Assembly (NCBI GenBank): GCA_963729605.1
Contig: CAVSNY010000007.1
Span: forward strand, 896,001-960,000
Origin: an uncultured Gammaproteobacteria bacterium
GTDB taxonomy: Bacteria; Pseudomonadota; Gammaproteobacteria; DRLM01
Direction of reading: 5' to 3'
Length of the DNA stretch: 64,000 bases
How positions within the stretch are numbered: position 1 is the first letter of the stretch; each line of letters starts with the position of its first letter. The notes beneath the pieces were generated by a model. It was given only the letters and a program-made list of their open reading frames with translations. It searched no databases and was not told the origin of the DNA. Made by a program: the position numbers and the translations under genes. Below, one piece after another: positions 1-9,353 of this stretch.

Positions 1-2
1 CC

Positions 3-68
3 CGCCTGATCGAAGAAGAAGACGGCTCGCACAACCTGATCTGGTCGCGCAGCAAGCCGGCGGCCTGA
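3..68 (+). CDS. 3' end of DUF736 family protein (partial)
   Basis: Reads RLIEEEDGSHNLIWSRSKPAA*; typical DUF736 C-terminus (LIWSR) at the expected Tn4371 position. Confidence 0.75.
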   Translation, partial: RLIEEEDGSHNLIWSRSKPAA

Positions 69-80
69 CGGCCGCCCCGG

Positions 81-104
81 CGCCCCGCCCACCGTGGCGG
101 GGCG
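81..104. terminator. GC-rich hairpin between convergent genes
   Basis: CGCCCCGCC-N6-GGCGGGGCG; no clear U-tract. Confidence 0.45.
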
Positions 105-131
105 CTGGCGGCGATAAGCTATCTCGCTACG

Positions 132-1877
132 CTAATCAATTAGATAACTCTCGTCCATCTCGGGATGAACTTCAAATTTCTCTGTTCCAAGATAAATCAG
201 ACCGACTTCCTTCGGAAGATTATCCAGCCTTTCGATTGCCGTGTTTATCCGCTTACATTGATCCGCATTGATATAGAAACGATGGCCGTCTAGCCAATTC
301 CGAGAATCGTGATAGTTGTCTAGGGTCGCTGATTCAAAAATTGCAACATGTCGCTCAATCACTCTACGACTGGCTAATCGTCGAAGCGGCGGAATTATAT
401 CGACTGTGCGATCATCCGAAACGACAATAGCCAGCCTTCGATGGCTGGCCGTTTCTACGTAGCGCACGCCAGAGTTGAATCGCGACCCCCTTGAAGGGGT
501 ACATTTATCATTCGCCTCACCATCCAAGATGATACCGATGGCATGGCAAACCCCCTTGGGGTCGAGCAATATGGTTCCGTCGATGCCACTGACACTCTGG
601 AGTAACGGCTCGGAAAACTGGACAGGCAGAATAGTTGTGCCTTGTTTGCTAAGACGGTGCGCTTCGCTGGCCGCATCCTCAGCAACAACGATCATGCTGC
701 CGTGCTCTTGCCGAATCTGAGCTAGTAGCAGGCCCCATAGATGTAGCCCATCCTGCTGTGAAGACTGAGGGAACAACCGTGCATAGTTTGCTAAGAAGGC
801 TGCTTTATCGAAAGGTTCCTGTGGGAGCCTTGGCACTGCATAGTGACTGCGAAGCAGAATTTGACTGCCACAACGTAACTCCCACTGATAATGGTCGACG
901 AAGGCAACCGTGAATGCATCTTGCTCGCAGGGGTTGTGCGAGTCTTTCAGATTCCCCAGACCATATATGTACTGACTGTTGGCAATGATTCCGACACCTG
1001 ACGTCGCCATCTGTAGAACCTTCCGAACCCATCGTGGCTGACGAAACGGCACCGGCTCAGCAAATTCCACGAGAAACTCGTTTGCCTCGTTTTCTGGATT
1101 TACGAGAATGAGATGGCCAATGCCTTTCGTTCTCTCGTACATGAGAGAAGAGACAAGGTTCAAGGCGTCAAAAAGGTCGGTGTGAATATATTGTTGCTCG
1201 ATGGCCAATCCCGGCGTGTGCAGGAAATCTTTCGCAGCAATGCGAACGATCTCTTCCGAAGTCCTCATACTGCGATGAGTAAACCGCCCTGGGTCTGGAT
1301 TGTGCAACTCTTCGGTAGCTTCGTGAAGAACAGCGTGCATTGCCGCATGAATTAGACTTCGAAACCCGGACCCCCGTCGTTTTTCATCAGCTTTCTTTGG
1401 AGGTAAGGGTGGGAATTGAACGAAGGTTGCGTTGGGGATTTGTACCACCGGAACCACATAATAATCATCTATGCGTCGAGCCTCACCACAAAAAGAGGTC
1501 ACGTCGTTGGCTGAATTGAAGGCTTCTAGCGCCTTAGCGACCCCCGTGCGAACGGAGTCGCGACGCATCCATTCCGGCTTATCACGCATGCTTGGCTCAT
1601 CGCCAAAAAAAATATTCTGTAAATCATGGCTGCGATAAGTCGATTCGACTGACTCTAGCAGACCATTAAATAGCGAAGGAGCCCATTTCCCGTCTTCCGG
1701 CTCTACACATACTTGATTTCGGTTGTTGCTATCGGGGCTGCGCACTCCAACTAAAAGCACCTCAGCATCCGCCTCCGCACCTAACTTCTTGAGGACATCC
1801 CGAGCCAGTATTTGGATATGAATTCTGTAGCTGGCCTGATAACCCCACATGAAGAGGTAAATGACACTACCTGCCAT
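132..1877 (-). CDS. DisA/diadenylate-cyclase (DAC)-fold protein with long N-terminal putative sensor region (DACNG/DACNH-like)
   Basis: C-terminal HGSMIVV...SGIDGTILLD...RGSRFNS...AIVVSDD matches DAC DGA/RHR/VS-E motif layout; N-terminal MWGYQ motif; RBS GGGAG. Confidence 0.75.
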   Translation of the reverse strand: MAGSVIYLFMWGYQASYRIHIQILARDVLKKLGAEADAEVLLVGVRSPDSNNRNQVCVEPEDGKWAPSLFNGLLESVESTYRSHDLQNIFFGDEPSMRDKPEWMRRDSVRTGVAKALEAFNSANDVTSFCGEARRIDDYYVVPVVQIPNATFVQFPPLPPKKADEKRRGSGFRSLIHAAMHAVLHEATEELHNPDPGRFTHRSMRTSEEIVRIAAKDFLHTPGLAIEQQYIHTDLFDALNLVSSLMYERTKGIGHLILVNPENEANEFLVEFAEPVPFRQPRWVRKVLQMATSGVGIIANSQYIYGLGNLKDSHNPCEQDAFTVAFVDHYQWELRCGSQILLRSHYAVPRLPQEPFDKAAFLANYARLFPQSSQQDGLHLWGLLLAQIRQEHGSMIVVAEDAASEAHRLSKQGTTILPVQFSEPLLQSVSGIDGTILLDPKGVCHAIGIILDGEANDKCTPSRGSRFNSGVRYVETASHRRLAIVVSDDRTVDIIPPLRRLASRRVIERHVAIFESATLDNYHDSRNWLDGHRFYINADQCKRINTAIERLDNLPKEVGLIYLGTEKFEVHPEMDESYLID

Positions 1878-1925
1878 GACAGACTCCCGTGCTCACTGAC
1901 TGCCACGTCCCCACGCCAAGTGCAC

Positions 1926-2819
1926 TCACCAGTTATTCCACAGCCTGATGGCGGATTGGATAAATGCCTCTGCGTTGGCTTTTTCCCACGACGTGTGAGA
2001 CCCCTCCCAAAGCAGATAATATTGTTCATTGGCACATACCAACTTGCTCTTGTCTGCTTCCGTTTGAATCCAGTTTATTGCGTTAACAAAGCAATCAGCA
2101 TAGCTAGATCCGAACTTCTCGGCAGGCACGTTGTAGAGCAGTCCTTCCAGATAATACGATGGCGCGATTCCCGACTTCAATGCGCCGTCAGCAACGAGCT
2201 TGCTTCGGAGATTCTTGAATACGCGAACCATGGGTTTCAGTCTCTTGTTGCTGTTCTGATGTTTCTTGGTCAGATTTTCCGAGTGCTGCTTTGGATAGTT
2301 GGCGATGCGCTCACCAGCTCCGTTAAAGAAGCAGATGCCCTCGTCATAGATCGCGTCGTAGGTGCTTTTGAACTTCCAATAGCGGCGGAACTGCGTCGCT
2401 ACGATGACGTCGACTTTCCGTCTGCTACCGTTCGCCGCTATGGCAATGGCCTTGTCTCCCACCTTGACGTCAGAACCAAAGCGGTCAGTGAGCGCCTTGA
2501 TGACATCCCTCTTGTACTGGTCATACGTATAGGTGGCCGGAACACGTGCGTGGTCGTATGCTGCTTTATCTTCAGGCGACAGAGATGTCAGATCGCTGTA
2601 GTAAACGTCATCAAGTCGTATGACCACATCCACGTCGCTTTCCGCATAGATGTTGGTGTCATTTCCATAGGAACCCTGCAAGAAGACCTTGTAACTCTTC
2701 CCGTGGTATTTAGCGCTCGTCGCTTCTAGAGCATTCTTGATTGTGTTGTAAGTCGTGGCGGACTGTGTGATAGATCCTTGATGAGACCAGACTTCAAGCT
2801 GCGATTCAGGTATCCCCAT
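1926..2819 (-). CDS. cdnE: CBASS CD-NTase, clade E (CdnE-like)
   Basis: [15 protein letters not shown] start, LQGSY-(N)DTNI..SDVDVV catalytic motif, [17 protein letters not shown]; closely resembles Rhodothermus CdnE. Confidence 0.9.
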   Translation of the reverse strand: MGIPESQLEVWSHQGSITQSATTYNTIKNALEATSAKYHGKSYKVFLQGSYGNDTNIYAESDVDVVIRLDDVYYSDLTSLSPEDKAAYDHARVPATYTYDQYKRDVIKALTDRFGSDVKVGDKAIAIAANGSRRKVDVIVATQFRRYWKFKSTYDAIYDEGICFFNGAGERIANYPKQHSENLTKKHQNSNKRLKPMVRVFKNLRSKLVADGALKSGIAPSYYLEGLLYNVPAEKFGSSYADCFVNAINWIQTEADKSKLVCANEQYYLLWEGSHTSWEKANAEAFIQSAIRLWNNW

Positions 2820-2831
2820 ATTCCCCACCCT

Positions 2832-3794
2832 CTATACCAAGAAGTTCCTTAGCTGCTCCTCGCGTACAGCGAACGACTCGCTGCCTCGCTGTCGAAGAAT
2901 ATTCAGCTTATCAAGGTTGTGCTCCATCAGATCGGTTGCCATTTCTGGACGCTCAAAGGTGTCGCTAATCCGGATTGTCGCGATATCCTTAAACAAAATT
3001 TCACGCAATTGATCCAGTGATTGGGTGTTGATTTCTAGAGTTTTTTGAAGCAGCTGCACCGCAAGCCACTTCTTTGCGATCCTCATCAGAAACCCGGGTT
3101 TAGGGTCCGGGTATATGCCAACACCTACATTCACCACTCGGATGTCTTTGCGCTCCTTTCTCATGGCCACAGTCGCATCGGCAACTGCAAAAAGGGTTGG
3201 ATTGTTCGCGCAATAGCCACCATCGATCAACTCAATCTTATCTCCTGCGGAGGTAACAACAATCTTCCGTTCAAAAAACGGATAGGCTGAGCAAGACGCC
3301 TGTACAGCATCCGCGATGCTTACACCGAACCCTGGTTTGAAGGTTCCTTTGCGACCATGGGCCTGTGCGACACTCCCTTTGAAAATCATCGGCCGCTCTG
3401 TCATCCAACGAGTGGCGACGATACCGATGCCAGTCATGACATCTTCAAATGTTTTTTCCTTGAAAACCTCTTTTGCCAGACTTTGAAGTGCAGCCGTCTT
3501 GGCAGCAGCCGACTTGCAGGCCATGACTCTTGGCACATGTTCCTTGTAAAGATCGTGTATCTGGTCTACTTCGTATCCAAGTGCGATGAGTGCAGCGATG
3601 ATGGCGCCGGTGCTCGTCCCAAATACAAGATCGAACCTCTTGTACAGATGACAACCAAGCATGGCCTCAATTTCTTTGAGCACTCCAAGCGTATAGAAGC
3701 CCTTCGCACCACCGCCGTCGAGAGCAAGAATGCGACACACACCATCACCCGTGTACTCGGTGGTGAGCGAGGATGCCTGGCGGGAATTAGACAT
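2832..3794 (-). CDS. Patatin-like phospholipase, CBASS effector (CapE/CapV-like)
   Basis: LDGGGAKG, GTSTG nucleophile and DGG motifs; immediately upstream of the CD-NTase. Confidence 0.9.
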   Translation of the reverse strand: MSNSRQASSLTTEYTGDGVCRILALDGGGAKGFYTLGVLKEIEAMLGCHLYKRFDLVFGTSTGAIIAALIALGYEVDQIHDLYKEHVPRVMACKSAAAKTAALQSLAKEVFKEKTFEDVMTGIGIVATRWMTERPMIFKGSVAQAHGRKGTFKPGFGVSIADAVQASCSAYPFFERKIVVTSAGDKIELIDGGYCANNPTLFAVADATVAMRKERKDIRVVNVGVGIYPDPKPGFLMRIAKKWLAVQLLQKTLEINTQSLDQLREILFKDIATIRISDTFERPEMATDLMEHNLDKLNILRQRGSESFAVREEQLRNFLV

Positions 3795-4083
3795 GCTCTT
3801 TTTTCTCCACGATAGCGTCCAATTCTTGTCGAACTTGGTTCAGAAGCTGCTTGATATTCCGCGGTTGGTCGCCGGCATACGCCAGCGTCAGCAACGTAAG
3901 AGGATGGATCTCCATGACCTCGCACAACTCGGTCAGCTTGTTCAGGGTCGGGCTTTTCAGGTCGCGCTCCAGCGAACTCAGGTAGGTGCGGCTGGACACG
4001 TCCGAGAACGCCTCTTGGCTCAGGCCGCGTGCCTTCCTGATCCGTCGTAGTGCATCGGGCAACGATGGCTTGAGCGTCGTCAT
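3787..4083 (-). CDS. XRE-family HTH regulator (Tn4371 core)
   Basis: LRRIRKARGLSQEAF..SRTYLSSLERDLKSPTL; overlaps patatin start by 8 nt. Confidence 0.88.
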   Translation of the reverse strand: MTTLKPSLPDALRRIRKARGLSQEAFSDVSSRTYLSSLERDLKSPTLNKLTELCEVMEIHPLTLLTLAYAGDQPRNIKQLLNQVRQELDAIVEKKEHV

Positions 4084-4362
4084 TCTGGACTTTCCCCAAA
4101 ATCCAGAATGACAACTCATTGCATCCTATAGGGCTACAATCTATAGTGTTCATTTGATGCTGTGAACCGCCGCCTCTGTTCTTCCGTGCTTTTACAGAAA
4201 TCCGCTTCGGTGGATGTGTGCTGATCCGGGGAACCGCTTCTGTGCCTTTGATTCTTTCCACTGTTCCGGTTTCGCGCTTTCGCGCTTCGGCGTACAAGCG
4301 CATCCGTGCATCGTCGGCTTTGTGCGGTTGCCAGCCCGCCAGGAGGCAGCGCCCATGAAGCC

Positions 4363-5729
4363 CAATCCACCGAACTTAAGCCATGTCACCCCTTGTAGGC
4401 ATAGCGAGGATGAGGCTTGAAGCGGTCGGTGGGACGTGGCCGAGATCGACCGGGGATGAAGCGCTGGGTGTTGGCAGCCAGGAGTGCCAGGGTGTTGGCG
4501 ATGAGGTCGAGCACGTCGCCCACCATTAACAAGACGCTGGGCAGCATGCGGTGCAGGCAGACGGCGGCATAGCTGCGCGTGCAACGCCGCGCGGCGTTGA
4601 GTGGGGCGTGCTCACGCAGGGCTGCAGCACACATCAACGAGGCGATGTTGTCGGCCAGCACCTTGGCGGCCACGTCGATGATCAGCGCCTGCTGGCTCAG
4701 GCCGGAGACGGCCTCCAGGTGCAGCCGGTGCTTCAGACGCTTGAAGGCCTCCTCGATGCGCCAGCGCTGGTGGTACAGCGCGGCGAAGGCGGGGGCGTCG
4801 GCCTCGTGGGCTTGGAGGTTGGTGGCCAGCACGCGCACGGCGCCATTGGGGGCGACGTTGCGCACCAGGCGCACGCAGGCGGCCTGGCGGGTGCAGCCCC
4901 AGTCGGCGGCGTCCTGGGCCGAGGCGGCATTGAGGGTGGCCAGGCACTCGGACTGGCCGCTGCGGACGAACTCGCGCACCGCACGCCAGCCGCTGGTGTT
5001 GTCGCAGCGCATGATGAAGCGGATGCCGCGCTGCACCAGCAACTGCACCAGCCAGGCGGCCGGATAGCCGCGGTCCAGGAGCAGCACGTCGTCGGGGCGC
5101 AGCTTGTCCAGCGCCTCCATCAGCATGGCGCGCTCGGAAGTGGCCGCGCTGTGCACGGCCGCATGCAGGGTCAGTTCCGAGCCGGGCAGGTACAGGCAGA
5201 ACAGCCGCTGATCAGCGCAGGCGGCGCCGGCCGTGCGGTGGCAAGGCCGCAGAGCGGGCATCAGCACCGAGGCATCGCCGGCGACGAGGCGAAAGCCCTG
5301 CCAGCGAAGCACTGCGCCGGCGTGCTCGGCGCGATCGACCAGGCGGTCATTGAGCCAGGACAGCGCCGGCATGTGCAGCCGGGCGCGGGCCTTGGCGAAG
5401 GCGCGGTCGCTGAGGCCGCGCACCAAGCCGGGCGAGCCCAGCAGCGAAGCGAAGAAGGCATCGAGCGAAGCCTGCTGCGAGCCCGCACGCAGACTCAGCA
5501 GCGAGGCGACCAGCGCCGGCAGCGGCAAGCGCCGAGTGCGCCGGAATGCGTTGGGGTGGTCGGGATGGCGCGCGCGTTGCGCAAACCCGTCCGAAGTGAT
5601 CGTGTCAGACAGGTCCAGCAGCAAGGACTGGATAAATTCACAGGCTTGAGTTCATATTGAGAATTGAACTCGAAAAAGTCAATTATATCAACTACTTAGC
5701 TCAGGTTGGGGCTTAAGTTCGGTGGATTG
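4363..5729 (-). mobile_element. IS4-family insertion sequence, 1367 bp
   Basis: Perfect 20-bp terminal IRs CAATCCACCGAACTTAAGCC (4363-4382 / 5710-5729); 10-bp target duplication CCATGAAGCC (4353-4362 / 5730-5739). Confidence 0.95.
4386..5624 (-). CDS. IS4-family DDE transposase
   Basis: DAS, DRGY and YHQRWRIEEAFKRLK (YREK) motifs; true start uncertain. Confidence 0.92.
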   Translation of the reverse strand: MLLDLSDTITSDGFAQRARHPDHPNAFRRTRRLPLPALVASLLSLRAGSQQASLDAFFASLLGSPGLVRGLSDRAFAKARARLHMPALSWLNDRLVDRAEHAGAVLRWQGFRLVAGDASVLMPALRPCHRTAGAACADQRLFCLYLPGSELTLHAAVHSAATSERAMLMEALDKLRPDDVLLLDRGYPAAWLVQLLVQRGIRFIMRCDNTSGWRAVREFVRSGQSECLATLNAASAQDAADWGCTRQAACVRLVRNVAPNGAVRVLATNLQAHEADAPAFAALYHQRWRIEEAFKRLKHRLHLEAVSGLSQQALIIDVAAKVLADNIASLMCAAALREHAPLNAARRCTRSYAAVCLHRMLPSVLLMVGDVLDLIANTLALLAANTQRFIPGRSRPRPTDRFKPHPRYAYKG

Positions 5730-5731
5730 CC

Positions 5732-6079
5732 ATGAAGCCCCTCGTCACCGACGCGCAGCGCGCCCAGCTGCTCGCCACCGGCCACGCCCGCGCCGAAGGC
5801 CAGGCCCTCGACCCGTTGCCGGTGGTTCGCTTGTTCACCCCAGATGCGCACGCCACTTGGCTGCTCGCCACCCTCGATCCCGAGGATGGCGACACGGCCT
5901 ATGGCTTGTGCGACATTGGCATCGGCCTGCCCACGCTGGGCACCGTGCGGTTGTCCGAACTGGCGTCCATCGTCGGGCCACAGGCGCGGCCCATCGAGCG
6001 GGATCTGTATTTCGTCGCTCAGCGCACGCTGTCGGAATACACGCGGCTGGCACGCATTAACGGCTCGGTCATCGACTGA
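5732..6079 (+). CDS. DUF2958 protein
   Basis: PVVRLFTPDAHATWLL..DGDTAYGLCDIGIG; Tn4371 position. Confidence 0.85.
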   Translation: MKPLVTDAQRAQLLATGHARAEGQALDPLPVVRLFTPDAHATWLLATLDPEDGDTAYGLCDIGIGLPTLGTVRLSELASIVGPQARPIERDLYFVAQRTLSEYTRLARINGSVID

Positions 6080-6414
6080 GCAGCCCCAGCACAGCGCCGC
6101 CAAGCGCGGCGCACTGTGTCTATTTCGGTCTGGGTTCAGACCGCCCGCGCATCAATCGGCACTCATGCACCGGCGAAGTGCGGGCATGACCAAAACAGTC
6201 CTGATTGCCGATGCGGCTTGCGGCACCGTGTCCATTGCTGCGCACCATCATCGTTCGCGCAGCCGTCGCATTCGGACGACCTGTGCAATGTCCTGGAGCC
6301 AATCGGTCTTGACACCGCCAGCTTAGCGAGTACCCGTGACGATACGTCGATGAAGCCGTAGCTCCCCCTGACGCCCGTGGCGACGAGCCCTGTTGTTCGA
6401 CAGGAGGCTGCGTC

Positions 6415-7197
6415 ATGGCAGAGTCCGATCACTGGCGCCCCGGTGCCGCTTACCTTTACGTCCTGCACCTGGACGGCCCCGCGTTAGCGTGGGAATACCT
6501 GCGCCGTCACCCCGACTATCGGCGCGACTGGCTGCGCCGTCGCCGTCATCCCGGAGCGGCGCAGCACTGGGGCCTGCGCTTGCTGGAAGACCCGGCCCTG
6601 GATGCGCGCGACGCGCACCCGGCCTGGTTTCCCGATCACGACAGCGTGGTGCTGCTCTATCCCGATGCGGACCCGCCGCCCGATGCCGAACGCTTTGCGT
6701 TCTGGCATCTGCCAGGTCGCAAGCAACTGATCCACGACGGGCGGCGGTTGGTGCTGGCCACCCGCTGGGCCGGCTGCTGTCTGCGCCTGGCCTTCGCGTC
6801 CGATCTGGCGGATGGCATGGCCTACGCCTATGCCATGCGCGCATCGCCTGATCCCTGTTCGCGTTGCCGCGCGCTGGTAGGCGAACTGGACAAACTGGTG
6901 GCGGTCGCACCAACGGCACTGGCCGGGGCACGCCCTTCGGCGACCGCACTGTTGGAGCTGCGCACCTTGCAGGCGCTCGACGGCACGCTGGCCGGTGCAT
7001 CGCTGCGCGCCGTGGCTGACGTGTTGTTCGGCACTGCGGCGGTCGCCAAAGACTGGCACGCCGACGGCGCGCTGCGTGCCCGCGTGCGCCGCCTGGTGCG
7101 GCGGGGCCAGACCTTGATGCGTGGCGGCTACCGCCGTCTCGCGCAGCTTCATCCGCCCACGCAGGGACGTTTCGCATCCTTCGCAAAACGTCCCTGA
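6415..7197 (+). CDS. DUF2285-domain transcriptional regulator
   Basis: LAWEYLRRHPDY N-terminus; ALDGTLAGASLR..RVRRLVRRG..GGYR C-terminus. Confidence 0.85.
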   Translation: MAESDHWRPGAAYLYVLHLDGPALAWEYLRRHPDYRRDWLRRRRHPGAAQHWGLRLLEDPALDARDAHPAWFPDHDSVVLLYPDADPPPDAERFAFWHLPGRKQLIHDGRRLVLATRWAGCCLRLAFASDLADGMAYAYAMRASPDPCSRCRALVGELDKLVAVAPTALAGARPSATALLELRTLQALDGTLAGASLRAVADVLFGTAAVAKDWHADGALRARVRRLVRRGQTLMRGGYRRLAQLHPPTQGRFASFAKRP

Positions 7198-7265
7198 GCA
7201 CAGCGCCTTTCTTTTCTGAGACTGCCTCCATCCGGCCGCGCTGTCGCGGTCGGCGATTCAGACCG

Positions 7266-7571
7266 ATGGAGGTTCACGCCATGAGACCCGCACCGCTGCG
7301 GCCGCAAGCCGCTCCCGCTGCTCAGCAGCAACCCGCGCAGCCTTCGCGCTATCTCACCAACGACGAAGCCGCCGACTTCCTGCGCCTGTCGCCGCGCACG
7401 CTGGAAAAGCAACGCGTCATCGGCGGCGGCCCGCGCTTTCGCAAGTTCGGCCGCCGCGTGATGTATTCGGTGGCCGACCTCGATGCCTGGGCCGACGCGC
7501 GCAGCTTCGAGGCCACGTCCGACCCCGAGTACGCCGAGCGCCACGCCGGTGACTACCGCGATGGCCGCTGA
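7266..7571 (+). CDS. AlpA/excisionase-like HTH DNA-binding protein
   Basis: YLTNDEAADFLRLSPRTLEKQRVIGGGPRFRKFGRRVMY. Confidence 0.85.
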   Translation: MEVHAMRPAPLRPQAAPAAQQQPAQPSRYLTNDEAADFLRLSPRTLEKQRVIGGGPRFRKFGRRVMYSVADLDAWADARSFEATSDPEYAERHAGDYRDGR

Positions 7572-7585
7572 CAGCCGGCGCGCGG

Positions 7586-8425
7586 GTGGCCCTCGTCGTG
7601 TCCAGCCTGGAGAAGGAGCGCGAACAGCTCGACCTGTTCCGCGCGCTGCCGGGCGACATGGCGCCGCGCGACGCACAAGACCTGATGGCCTATCCGTTCT
7701 TCTCGCTGGCCAAGTCGCGGCGCACGGCGCCGATCGACTTCCGCTCCGGTGGCGTCACCGTGCGCGTGGAAGGCACGCAAGAGCACGGCATCGCCACCAT
7801 CTGGGATGCCGACATCCTCATCTGGGCCGCCAGCCAGATCGTCGAGGCGCGCGATTCAGGCATCCGCCCATCGCGCAGGATGCAGGCCACGCCTTACGAG
7901 ATCCTGCGATTCATCGGCCGCGGCACGTCGCTGCGCGACTACCAGCGCCTCAAGGCCGCGCTGGATCGCCTGCAATCGACCACCATTGCCACCTCGATCC
8001 GCGAGACCACGGGGCGGCGCCTGCATCGCTTCTCGTGGATCAACGAGTGGAAGGAGCGCGCGGATGCCAGGGGCGCGCCGCTCGGCCTCGAACTCATCCT
8101 GCCGGATTGGTTCTTTGCCGGCGTGCTGGACGAAGCCTTGGTGCTCACCATCGACCCGGCGTACTTCAAGCTCACCGGCGGCATCGAGCGCTGGCTGTAC
8201 CGCCTGGTGCGCAAGCACGGTGGCAAGCAGCGCGACGGCTGGCAGTTCGACTTCCCCTACCTGTATCGCAAGTCGGGCAGCCTGGCGCAGCCCCGCGACT
8301 TCGCCCGCGACCTGCGCACGTTGGCTGCTCGGCAATCGCTGCCCGGCTATGTGCTGTCCGTCGAGCGCTGGCCCGGCACGCCGGAAATCCTCGCCTTTCG
8401 CCCCGTGCCGTCCACGGCACGTTGA
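7586..8425 (+). CDS. repA: Replication initiator protein A
   Basis: QDLMAYPFFSLAK, GIATIWDADILIW, YFKLTGGIERWLY. Confidence 0.88.
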   Translation: MALVVSSLEKEREQLDLFRALPGDMAPRDAQDLMAYPFFSLAKSRRTAPIDFRSGGVTVRVEGTQEHGIATIWDADILIWAASQIVEARDSGIRPSRRMQATPYEILRFIGRGTSLRDYQRLKAALDRLQSTTIATSIRETTGRRLHRFSWINEWKERADARGAPLGLELILPDWFFAGVLDEALVLTIDPAYFKLTGGIERWLYRLVRKHGGKQRDGWQFDFPYLYRKSGSLAQPRDFARDLRTLAARQSLPGYVLSVERWPGTPEILAFRPVPSTAR

Positions 8426-8464
8426 TAACCGCGGGGATGAAAACGGGACAAGCTGTGAATGGGC

Positions 8465-8620
8465 TCGTGCTATCGGGCGCGCCGGGACTCGTGCTATCAG
8501 GCGCACCCGTATCGTGCTATCAGGCGCGCGAATCGCGCCTAACTTCAGTGGGCACAAGGATTTTTCCTGCGCTTAACTTTATATCTAACTTTAAAAGCTA
8601 TCTAACGAGTAACAAGACCT
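8465..8620. repeat. Three iteron-like 16-bp direct repeats plus AT-rich tract (putative oriV)
   Basis: TCGTGCTATCRGGCGC at 8465, 8489 and 8512, then an AT-rich stretch with TAACTT repeats. Confidence 0.7.
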
Positions 8621-8714
8621 TGTTATTGGGCCGGTGGATAACCGCCGAAGGTCAACAGCAAAGGCGTTTTTCAGGCCGTTCATCGAGCCGCTTTCCACTA
8701 GGGAGGGCTGCGCC

Positions 8715-9353
8715 ATGATCGTCGCCTTGCTCAACCAGAAAGGCGGCGTCGGCAAGACCACGCTCGCCACCCACATCGCGGGTGAACTCGCGCTGCGCGG
8801 TCAACAGGTCATCCTGTTGGATGCCGACCCGCAGGGTTCATCACTGGACTGGACGCAACGGCGCAGCCAGCAGGGGCTGCCACGGCTGTTCAGCGCCGTG
8901 GGCCTCGCACGCGAAACGCTGCACCAGGAAGCACCCGAACTCGCCCGGCGCTGCGATCACATCGTCATCGACGGCCCGCCACGCATCGCCGCACTCGCGC
9001 GCTCCGCGCTGCTGGCGGCCGACCGTGTGCTGGTACCGGTGCAACCGAGTCCCTACGACCTGTGGGCCAGCGCCGAGATGGTGGCGTTGATCCGCGAGGC
9101 GCAACTGTTCAGGCCGGCGCTGCGCGCCGCCTTCGTCATCAACCGGCGTGTGGTGCGCACCGTCATCGGACGCGAAGCGCGTGGCGCGCTCGCCGAACAG
9201 CCGCTGCCCGCACTGCACGCCGAAGTGCGCCAGCGCATCGTCTTCGCCGACAGCGTGGCCGCCGGGCGGCTCGCACGAGAAACCGCGCCGGACAGCGCCG
9301 CCGCACGCGAGATCACCGCGCTGGCCGACGAGCTGCTGAGGTGGTCGCCATGA
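8715..9353 (+). CDS. parA: ParA partition ATPase
   Basis: NQKGGVGKTT, DADPQGS, IDGPP. Confidence 0.92.
   Translation: MIVALLNQKGGVGKTTLATHIAGELALRGQQVILLDADPQGSSLDWTQRRSQQGLPRLFSAVGLARETLHQEAPELARRCDHIVIDGPPRIAALARSALLAADRVLVPVQPSPYDLWASAEMVALIREAQLFRPALRAAFVINRRVVRTVIGREARGALAEQPLPALHAEVRQRIVFADSVAAGRLARETAPDSAAAREITALADELLRWSP

Noticed and set aside
1812-2729. 305-aa + strand ORF opposite cdnE
   Set aside because: Antisense shadow with no recognisable motifs; the - strand ORF carries clear CD-NTase signatures.
4551-5660. 369-aa ORF antisense to the transposase, and similar long shadows (e.g. 10636-12564, 23460-24650, 35307-36659, 50424-51884)
   Set aside because: Expected in high-GC coding DNA; no domain features.
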